Of a stretch of 64,000 nt of DNA, positions 1 through 9,500 are shown in pieces. The notes below the pieces were generated by a model that searched no databases, had not been told where the DNA came from, and saw only the letters and a list, made by a program, of their open reading frames with translations. The translations under genes were made by a program, and so were the position numbers. Each line of letters starts with the position of its first letter. The first letter of the stretch is position 1. The stretch is from Setoptus koraiensis. Lineage: Eukaryota > Animalia > Arthropoda. Location: positions 1,302,001 through 1,366,000 of the forward strand of contig CM106586.1 in assembly GCA_048013815.1 (NCBI GenBank), in the 5' to 3' direction.

Positions 1-105
1 GCCGCTACAGTGACTTGTGTGAGTCAGCTAAACACGACATTACACAACAACAACAATTCACACATTAATTGTTAATTGTTAACATTAAACAACAACCACA
101 ACAAC

Positions 106-1263
106 ATGAATAGAACACGTGTACTCAAGGAAGCCCAATTGAGGCGCCTCAAGGAGCACAAATACAGCTCCTCGGGCTCCACTATGCTGGACAAATATAT
201 GCAAATCTACTGGGAATGGGTTGTATCACATCTTCCTCTTTGGCTTGCCCCAAACACAATGACTTTATTAGGCTTAATTGTTGTTATCATAGCAACAACC
301 ATATTAATATATTATAGTCCCGATGCCAAGCAAGACATGCCACCATGGACAATGTTATTGAGTGCATTAAGTGTATTTATTTATCAAACCCTAGATGCTT
401 GCGACGGTAAACAAGCTAGAAGAACTCAATCCCAATCTCAGCTTGGTGAATTATTTGATCATGGATGCGATTCATTGTCCACTATATTTATTTCTATTAT
501 GGTAGCAATTACATGCCAACTTGGATCAAACCCTCCATTACTGTTTTTTCAATGCGCCTTTGCAATTTGTTTATTCTATTCAGCACACTGGCAAACTTAT
601 GTCTCTGGCACATTGAGATTCGGCAAGTTTGATGTCACAGAAATACAATGTAGCATAATGTCCATGCTTATATTAACAGCTGTATTTGGTAGTAAACTTT
701 GGTCGCTCTCAGTACCTGTAGTTAATATTTATATGAGTACGTTACCTGTTATTGGGGCAACAATTGGCGGGTCATTAGCGTTTTATGACTACTTTAGAAT
801 AATATTCACCGGAGGTGTTGGTAGAAATGGTTCATCAGTGGCAGGCACCAGTGTACTATCGCCATCAATACCATTAGCTTCGGTTATAGCGCCAGCTTTT
901 TTTATTTGGCAAAAATCACCATCTGGATTATATGAAAATAATATTTGCCTATATATTTTATGTATAGGATTTATAGCAACCAAGATTACAATGCGACTTA
1001 TTGTCTGTCATATGAGCAGAAGCGAAATGGATTACTTTGATTCTTCCATGATTGGACTGTTATGTTTATTCTTGAATCAATATTTTGATTGTATGTTAAA
1101 CGAAACGACAGTCCTATGGTTAGCCTTCCTATACTCAGTCTACGATCTCATTAGTTATTCTAGCTCACTATGTCAAGAAATATCAGAATATTTGAATATT
1201 TACACATTTACAATATCCAAAAGGGTACAAAAGGATAGGAGGACTTCTAGACGACAATACTAA
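106..1263 (+). CDS. CEPT1: Choline/ethanolamine phosphotransferase (CDP-alcohol phosphatidyltransferase), intronless, 385 aa
   Basis: CDP-alcohol phosphotransferase motif DACDGKQARRTQSQSQLGELFDHGCD (DGxxARx8Gx3Dx3D); HKYS...WLAPNTMTLLG N-terminus typical of CEPT1/CHPT1; multiple TM segments. First ATG is at 106; the ORF-track start at 76 is TTG. Confidence 0.95.
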   Translation: MNRTRVLKEAQLRRLKEHKYSSSGSTMLDKYMQIYWEWVVSHLPLWLAPNTMTLLGLIVVIIATTILIYYSPDAKQDMPPWTMLLSALSVFIYQTLDACDGKQARRTQSQSQLGELFDHGCDSLSTIFISIMVAITCQLGSNPPLLFFQCAFAICLFYSAHWQTYVSGTLRFGKFDVTEIQCSIMSMLILTAVFGSKLWSLSVPVVNIYMSTLPVIGATIGGSLAFYDYFRIIFTGGVGRNGSSVAGTSVLSPSIPLASVIAPAFFIWQKSPSGLYENNICLYILCIGFIATKITMRLIVCHMSRSEMDYFDSSMIGLLCLFLNQYFDCMLNETTVLWLAFLYSVYDLISYSSSLCQEISEYLNIYTFTISKRVQKDRRTSRRQY

Positions 1264-1310
1264 TAAACTGTTACAAAGATTATTAAATTAGATGAATTTC
1301 AAGTCTTTAT

Positions 1311-4238
1311 TTAAATATACATTATAAATGGTTGCATAGGGCAACATTCTTCCTGAATTTTGGCATCGGATGTATCGTCAACCTCTTTCAATTCTATATC
1401 TTGTATATCTAGAGTGTTTCGCAAGTAGGTTAGATTTTCTCCAAGTACTTTAATCTCGTTGAAAGGCGCCGTTTGATCAAATGCGCTTTCGCCTTGTTTA
1501 ACTATGAGTTGTTTCCTAACCTCAGCAAATGGCATAGCCTTTTTCATATACTTTTTCAATGACTCTATTTTGGATAGTTTAGAAGCTATTATCTTGTTTT
1601 CAGGCATTGAGCCGCAATGCTCAATATATAATTCATGCAGAGCTTCTGATATAGTAGCCTGCCAAGTTGGAAATATCCTAGCGACATAAATTGTTGCCTT
1701 AGACGCCTTTGGTGGGGCTTCCTGAGTTCCAGTAACTTTTGATTTCTTGTTCGACTTCAAACTTGCCAGTTGGAATGCTTTCAGACGTATTCTAAAATCA
1801 TGAGATACATCCATAAGGTATTCGTATGACTTGTGCAAGTCTTCATCAACAACCTCTGTAGTTGGGAACCTGACACAGGTGGTGAATAAAGTTAAATCCC
1901 TAGTTTGAGGCATCACTTCCTTCAATTTTTCTGCAATATGTGGGCAGATTGGACTCAGAAGGATTGTTTGGGTGTATATAAAACGCAAGGTGAGCTCTTT
2001 GTGCATACCTATCTCACCGCATAAATCACGGTATTTCAGTCTCAAGTCTTGGTATTCGAAGAAGCCATCCTTCAGAGCCTCTTTGAACATCATTTTTTCG
2101 TAATGATCACGAGTTGAGTTGATGTACCTATTCATCGCATTCTGAAAAGCTAGATCTGCAAAAGATTCAATCGGACCCGATCTTAATTGGTCTATGGAGC
2201 CGATGGTTTCTATGCACCATTTGTAATAATTGGATAATTTTAAAAGTCCAGTTTCTGCTTGCTTGGCGACGAAATTTGCGTCTTCGATGGCATCACCGGA
2301 GTCAGCCAGAGCGAATCGAACACCATCGGCACTGTAAATATTGATGGCGTCTTGAAGTGTAAGGAAATTACCAGTTGATTTCGACATCTTTTCACCGTTT
2401 AGTAATAGATGACCGTTGACACGGAAAGCTTTCGGCCACATATCTGGTTGATCTTGCCAGACGGCGCAATGATTATACAATGAGAAAGTTAAGTGATTTG
2501 CTATCAAATCTTTACCAGATGACCGCAAATCAACAGGATACCAATATTGAAACTGTCTACGCATCTCTTCTAGATGTTCTCTCGGGATTTGACTCTCATC
2601 TATGTCCTTGACATCACCAAAGAAAATGTAATTCCAAACCGATGGAGTCATGTGTGCTGGTGAGATCGTACCTAGTGAATTATCTGGTGATTCTATGAGA
2701 CTGTTATGCTGCAAATACTGTGATACAGTATAGTAGGCCATATAAATTGTTGAATCTGACAGTGATTCGACCAACCATTGCTCATCCCATGGAAGTTTTG
2801 TTCCTAGACCGTAGGTTCTTGAACAAGCATACTCATGCAGCCAGTCCACTGTTATTTCAAAATTCCGTTTTGTTTCCTCCGTGTAAGTTTCCAACTGATT
2901 TAGAGCTTTTCTGACATCCTGTTTCCAGGATTCGTCACCATAATCCAAATACCATTGGTCACATAAAGCTACGACACATTCTTCCCCAGAACGAGACATC
3001 ACTTGCTTCTCGGGTTCCATGTACTTGATTCGATTTGTTAGATCATCTTCTAGAGCGCATCGGACTAATTGTTGACCTTTGAACTCGCAAAGAGCATCAA
3101 CTTTACCATTGTTTGGGGTTAGATCTTGAAAAGACATGTTGAGTGCGATCCTCTCGTTACAGATGCCAATTTCATCATTCAGCAGTCTGAACGCAACATA
3201 TTTCATCTCCGGTTTGATCCAAGAATCAGATTGCTCACGAATGGAGTCGGGTTCCAGAGTAGGAAATAATAAGAATACCTTAGATTTGCTATTTGTATCT
3301 GTCACTAGTTCTAACGCTTCAGGTAACAAATTTTTCAATTTAATTTTGAAAAGAGTATATTCCAGTGGTGCAACACCTTCACCTGTAGCTCTATCGTGGT
3401 CCATGCATGGTTGCTGATCTCTGGGTGAATAAATGGTGTGTCTTTTGCCAAACTTAATTCTGTTGTTTTTCTTTAAATGCCAAAATTGCCACCTGACAAA
3501 ACTATCATAGTAAGGATTGTTTTCAGTGGTGATAAAAGTTCTTCTCCAATCGGCGCTTAAACCAAAAGCTTTCAAATCTCTTATGGCCTCACGCGGAAAG
3601 TATTCAAACCAATATTCCGGATTGGCAAATTTAGCAATTTCTAAATCTATCTTCTCTTGGCACTGTTCCTCTGTGAGATTGGCTGATTCCTCAGGACTCA
3701 GTTTGATATTCTCACGCATAATTTGCCACTGAAATTTTGCTGTGCCAGATTTGGCAGCCACTTTGGTCTTTTTTGCTTTGCCTTTATTCTGGACTTTGTT
3801 TTGACCCGCGGGACCGTCGGCATCCAACTTTGCACCATCACCTTGGCCTACCTCCATTTTATCTGCCTCTTCTTCTGTTGGAAACTTTGGCGGATTGCCA
3901 TAGGTGGCCATCTCACGTTTGAGTTTGTCAGCACAAGCCAATATTGGCATACCGGTACAATGAAAACCGAGAGGTAATAGACACTGATGGCCAGTTAAAC
4001 GTTTGTAACGGACATAGAATTCCACTTTAGACAGGGAAAACGAATGGCCCAAGTGTAGTTTTCCATTCATGTAAGGATAGGGGAAGGTGGCAAAGAATTT
4101 CCCGCTCTCAAACTTTTGTTGTTCAGCAGGACCAACTGGTTCGAAGGCTTTGTGACAAGACCACAATTTTTGTGCCGATGCCTCCATTTGCAGATATTCC
4201 GTCAGCTTTTCGCTGGACTTCCTCTGAGGTGCAGCCAT
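1311..4238 (-). CDS. LARS1: Cytosolic leucyl-tRNA synthetase, intronless, 975 aa, with internally deleted CP1 editing domain and no C-terminal UNE-L extension
   Basis: KFFATFPYPYMNGKLHLGH (HIGH-type motif), WLVESLSDSTIYMAYYT, DLRSSGKDLI, NGEKMSKSTGNF (KMSKS) and DAIEDANF, all typical of eukaryotic cytosolic LeuRS. Confidence 0.97.
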   Translation of the reverse strand: MAAPQRKSSEKLTEYLQMEASAQKLWSCHKAFEPVGPAEQQKFESGKFFATFPYPYMNGKLHLGHSFSLSKVEFYVRYKRLTGHQCLLPLGFHCTGMPILACADKLKREMATYGNPPKFPTEEEADKMEVGQGDGAKLDADGPAGQNKVQNKGKAKKTKVAAKSGTAKFQWQIMRENIKLSPEESANLTEEQCQEKIDLEIAKFANPEYWFEYFPREAIRDLKAFGLSADWRRTFITTENNPYYDSFVRWQFWHLKKNNRIKFGKRHTIYSPRDQQPCMDHDRATGEGVAPLEYTLFKIKLKNLLPEALELVTDTNSKSKVFLLFPTLEPDSIREQSDSWIKPEMKYVAFRLLNDEIGICNERIALNMSFQDLTPNNGKVDALCEFKGQQLVRCALEDDLTNRIKYMEPEKQVMSRSGEECVVALCDQWYLDYGDESWKQDVRKALNQLETYTEETKRNFEITVDWLHEYACSRTYGLGTKLPWDEQWLVESLSDSTIYMAYYTVSQYLQHNSLIESPDNSLGTISPAHMTPSVWNYIFFGDVKDIDESQIPREHLEEMRRQFQYWYPVDLRSSGKDLIANHLTFSLYNHCAVWQDQPDMWPKAFRVNGHLLLNGEKMSKSTGNFLTLQDAINIYSADGVRFALADSGDAIEDANFVAKQAETGLLKLSNYYKWCIETIGSIDQLRSGPIESFADLAFQNAMNRYINSTRDHYEKMMFKEALKDGFFEYQDLRLKYRDLCGEIGMHKELTLRFIYTQTILLSPICPHIAEKLKEVMPQTRDLTLFTTCVRFPTTEVVDEDLHKSYEYLMDVSHDFRIRLKAFQLASLKSNKKSKVTGTQEAPPKASKATIYVARIFPTWQATISEALHELYIEHCGSMPENKIIASKLSKIESLKKYMKKAMPFAEVRKQLIVKQGESAFDQTAPFNEIKVLGENLTYLRNTLDIQDIELKEVDDTSDAKIQEECCPMQPFIMYI

Positions 4239-5379
4239 TTCTGTCTAGATGCTGAGATTTAAATAGCTATGAGGTATCCTTTAAATAATAAATAATAATA
4301 AATAACAATAAATTTCAAGTGGAGGTAGTAATAATCCAGTTCAATCTAAAGTGTATTGTTATGTAAGAGAGGATATTAATGCCGATACTGCCGGCATCAT
4401 GTGAGTCATATGTCAGATTGGCTGCGAGAATCCATGCTTGTTCCTTTGACAATGAAAAAAGCGCACCGTGTATTTGCAAACACGCAGCAAGTAAAGCTGC
4501 CAAGTGAATAGCGCGCTGATCAATATTTTCATTGAGAGGAACTGGTCTGTCCCCAATCGAAATGCAAAAAAAAGTTGAGTTTGAAATTTTTGCCCGCTAT
4601 TTTCCCTTTCCGACTAGAACTTCCGCCAGATGGTCCTTTGAGCTTAAAATTTTATTTCATTTTCAACTAGATTATAGAAAAGAATTACATCTGCAATCAT
4701 TAGGTAATGGGACCATCTTGTAATGAATAATAAATAAAAGGTAGCCTGCTCAAACAAAGGGAAACAGAGATGATTCATTGATGCTAATGAGACAGCTCAT
4801 TATCAGCATATTGTTGTAATAATTGTTTATGATTATTACTATGGACAATGTTTAATTATATTTGTCCGTTGTGTTATTGGAAACGTGTAGATTTATTATG
4901 TTATGATGTGTTGTTGTTGTTATTATTATTATTAGCATTATTATCCATATCATTTATATTACACGAAGATACTTATTAATAGTTTGGAGAGACAACAATA
5001 CATTCCACTGATTCTATTCTTTTATACAATTTGTATGAGCTTTACAATTTATGAGCTTAGAGTTGTTTGTGTGTCTTATACTACCATAAAACTTGTGATG
5101 GTTCGTGTCTAATTGATGGCCCAATGTCTACTGATGGGCATACAATAACACAGAGAAAGAGAGGTCAGGTAATTGTGACAGGTCAATAATGGTCGAAATA
5201 CACTGCACTTGTGAGTTTACTGTTGCATTTGCTTATTAGCAGCTACCTGTAATGTTGTTGGCTGCCAGCCAGTTAGCCAATCAGCCAATCTTATGATTAG
5301 TTCACCGTTTGTTCCATTTGATACATCCGGTACATCGGTATGATTAACCTTTTTTTGTTTCATCTTATGGTTGGCTAAA

Positions 5380-6519
5380 TTATTGAGCTTTGAGTTTAGT
5401 TTGTTGATTGTTGCTTGATGATGATACACTGGCTTGTTTTTGTCCAACATTTGCATCTTTAGCCGCTGTCGTTGTGGTCTTATCCGCTGCTGGTGTTGCT
5501 GTATCTCTAATGTAGGCCTTGATGTAAAATGATACAAACAACCATAGGAATAATAATGCACCCAGTGTTTGTCCCAGCACAAATATAGCAGGATATGTAC
5601 AATTGTCGTAACCATATAAGAATAGTGGTTGTAATGAATGTACCACAGCAATTAAAAACTGTGCTATTTGTAAACGGGTCAAATAAACTTTCCACCAGAG
5701 ATACTTTTGTACTTTGGGTCCAAATGTTGATAAACCATAATAGCTATACATAATAACATGAACAACTAGATTTAGATAGGGTATGAAACAGCAGACTGGA
5801 TAAAAGGCAAATTTAACGCCTATCCAAAAGCCAACTGGCACAACAGTATGATGGAATACATGTAAGAATGATACGTGACTAAATTTTTTACGTAACACAA
5901 AGAATACTGTATCAAAGAAATCACAAAATCTTGATAGTAACACTAGCCAAACAATTGGTATTGCTTCGTCGACCATTGGCTGTAATGCCTTGCCACAACC
6001 CCAACACCATGAGCCATAATTGAGGAATGGTGAGGCGCCACAAAATAGATAGGCATTGAAGATAACCATGCCAAAGTTATAGAATCTGATTAATGGCTTC
6101 AAATCAAATGGTTCTCTATTTGACATTAATTGTGGTCCTAATTTCAATACAAAATATAAATATAATCCAACTATCGTTAATAATTGCCATGGTCCACCAT
6201 CGAATAGACTATATTTGTTTAATTCAGGATTGTGGTTCATCTCCCAAAAGTCATAATAGAGATATTGGGCCCATTCGCCGTAGGTGGACGACGAAGAAGT
6301 GGCATTAGTTAGCAAGGGGGTGATATCACTATTGATTGATGATTCAATTGTTGCTGCTGCTGCTGATTCTGACGCTTTTGATAGGATTGATGCTTCATGA
6401 TTATTGTTTATAGATGATAGTTGATCTGATATTAGTTGCTCTGTAGCATTATAAACAGTTTTAACGATTGTCTCGGTGGCTGTTGCGGCGACATTTAATT
6501 GGAGCGGAGATGACGCCAT
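5380..6519 (-). CDS. ELOVL: Very-long-chain fatty acid elongase (ELOVL1/7-like), intronless, with S/A/T-rich N-terminal extension
   Basis: DFFDTVFFVLRKK, HVFHH (HxxHH), LNLVVHVIMYSYYGL and KYLWWKVYLTRLQIAQF motifs. ATG at 6519; the ORF-track start at 6525 is TTG. Confidence 0.93.
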   Translation of the reverse strand: MASSPLQLNVAATATETIVKTVYNATEQLISDQLSSINNNHEASILSKASESAAAATIESSINSDITPLLTNATSSSSTYGEWAQYLYYDFWEMNHNPELNKYSLFDGGPWQLLTIVGLYLYFVLKLGPQLMSNREPFDLKPLIRFYNFGMVIFNAYLFCGASPFLNYGSWCWGCGKALQPMVDEAIPIVWLVLLSRFCDFFDTVFFVLRKKFSHVSFLHVFHHTVVPVGFWIGVKFAFYPVCCFIPYLNLVVHVIMYSYYGLSTFGPKVQKYLWWKVYLTRLQIAQFLIAVVHSLQPLFLYGYDNCTYPAIFVLGQTLGALLFLWLFVSFYIKAYIRDTATPAADKTTTTAAKDANVGQKQASVSSSSNNQQTKLKAQ

Positions 6520-9500
6520 GGTCAATGGCGCGCGCGTTGTTTTTTAGTGCGTGTATATATGTAAATCGTACAGGATTGAGATAAACAAACAAACAAGCGA
6601 CTTGCGACAGTTAATAACTGTTTTGATACACGCTAGAAAAAACTTATCAGGTTTGTCACTTTGGCTTGCGCTAATGATTAGGTCGATGATTCTTAATGTG
6701 TTGTTAACAAGAAGAGCGAAATGAATGAGTGAAGAAAAAAAAATGCGGCGTTAATTAACTATTTCCGCTTCTAGTTGTTGCAATGATGTGCTGCTGCTGC
6801 TTGATTACTGGCGCCGCAACACAGGTACTGATGAGTATTTCTGTAAAGTGTTGCTGCAGGTTGATTAGTGATTTAGCAGTAGTATTAGTAGGAGATTTAT
6901 CTAGTGCGTGTACACATGATGATGACTTAGTTTCACTTGACTTCTTAGGTGTGTGTGTGTGCTGGTCTTAGTCGTCGTCATTTGCAAGAAACATATCAAC
7001 AACATTAGCAACAACATTAACAACTTCAACAACAACAGCAACAACAACAACAACAGCAGCAGCACACAGTAGTATGGGCGACAACAACAACAGCAACAAC
7101 AATAACAAAAAGTCCAACAAATACAAATAACGCCGATAGCCAGCGAGTCAGCAAGCCAATGTTTGTATTTGTGAACTACTAATCATGATACTCACAATAG
7201 AATAGGAGGAGATATTGATGGTTGTTGTTAGGGGAAGCGGCGACAACAACAACAACCACGACAGACCATAATGAGACACCATCGAGAACATGCCGCCCGC
7301 CATGGGACAGCACGATGATAGAGTTAGAAGTCTCACAAGTCACCTGTGCTGACTTACAAGGTGAGAGAGGCTTACTGATGGTGACTTGCTCACTGCCGGC
7401 TGGCTCGCTCGCTGGCTGGCTGACTTAATGAAGCGTATCAGCAGCACCACCAGCAACTACCAACTGCCAACAACGACACACACTTTGCCAAGACCATGAG
7501 ACCGACTTGAGCGAGAGCAAACTCAAGCGAACGCATGGTAATGAGGGCGGCAATATGGTTGTTCTTTGCAGATTGTGTGTGTGTCGTTGCAATTGAAGTT
7601 GAAAGAGATGAATAGGTTAGATTAAGAGAAGGAGCGCTCAATTGTCGAGACACTTTCTCGGCTTCGAATCAAAACCAAGAAGAATCATCGAACCGGTTTT
7701 CACTCCCCGAAAGCGCGCTCATCAGATCAGTCTAGACGACGATGATCTAGCCAGTTAATGCTGGTTGATGATCGCTCTGGGCCCTTCTCTCTCGCTCACT
7801 CTCTCTGTTCTAACTAACAAATTCTGTTCTTGTATCTCTTTCTCTCTGTTCTTATTTTGTGCCGAGCTCTCTGCTCTCAACTTGTTCGCGCCGCTCGCTC
7901 GCTGCTCAACATTCCTCGCACTGGCTGTAGGAACAGTCAGCCAGACAAATATCCGAATATTCAAGCTGGCTCTTCTTTAGTTCAGTGGTCTGTTTGCTTG
8001 TTCTTGGTCAAACAACATAATTAATTCACGGCCACTATCAGCGAAACTAACTAACTAATAACAGGAAGTTGGCTTAAACAAGCGCAAACAACAGCAACAA
8101 CATGATATGGGCGAGATGCCAATCAGGCACAGTATTACGGTGTTACGATTTTATTGATATTTTGATTCAAAATCAAGTTTGCTCCTAACAAAACTTTCAG
8201 CCAGTTAGCCAGTTAGCCATTCAACCAGTTAGCCAATCAGCTAGCTGGCCAGACGACCGGTCAACGCCAACTAACCAAATAACTAATTGACTAATAAATG
8301 GCCAGATAACTGGCAACTTGACCATCACTTGGCGCGGTTGTTTGTGAAAACGAAAGTGAAACTAGAGAAATGAAACGAACAAGTGCACTTGCAGTCAGTA
8401 ACTTATGCCGATAATAATCATTACGATTATTATTACTATTATTATTATTATTATTACTTCTCCATTCTTCACTCTTCATTCCAATTTCAGTCCTAATACG
8501 AATGGGCATCTACTGCTGGTGTAATAATGCGTCTGCCGTTGTTTAACTAGATTTGTTTGTTGCACACATGACATGCCATGATCGAGTGGCCGAAGTTTAG
8601 CTTGGCCAGCAAAAACAGATAATTAACTGCTCACACAGCAGACAGACAAAATAACTTTCACTTGTTGTGTACAATTGACCATTCACCGTCAATACGAAAT
8701 CTCGGCCGTCGCTCGGTTCAAATTTGTATTCATCCATGAACTTGGGTGCGCTGAATCTGTTTATGGGCTATTCCAACTGCCAAGGTCGCTTTTGAAACAT
8801 TGACACTACTCGAGAATAGGAATATCTGAGCCATGCAAAGAGTTGAATAACCAAGAAAGTTAACAACCCACTAACAAGTAAGAGAAAGGAAAACAATTCA
8901 AACATGAGAATGAATGAAATCAATTGAGAACAGAAGCACGAGGCAAATATCTGATTTGGGTGTCGTGCAGGACCATTCGATCATCATTAGTGCGACAACG
9001 AATGATAAAAATTGCTGTTCCACAGCATTCAACATTGAAAAATCTTGTGAACGAATTGCAATATCAATTACATTGTAAGATCGACAAGTGTCGATAGAGA
9101 GGAAGAAACAGTTGTTCACCTCAGCCGTCGCTAAACTTCGTTGGGCATCAAGCTCGCTGTAAAATGACACACGTTTATTATGGATATACATCAAGATTCT
9201 AGCCGACCTCGTGTTCGAAGGACAAATAATATTCGAGACAGTCATACGTGAATATATCATGCGTAAATTGTTGTTTACAATTCACCGCATCTCTGGCAGG
9301 GATATTTACAGAGATATGCAATCAAAAACAGACAGTTCGTCTGGCTTAAGGTCGACTATTTAAAAAGCCCAAGAAAGTCTGGCTAGACCGAAATTCATCA
9401 AGTCGAAATTGGACGGTCGACTGATAAAGCTAAGTGGACGGTAAAAATGAAAAAAAAAGCGACTCGATTATCGCCATTTGTTGTCCGTGTTTCTTACGCA

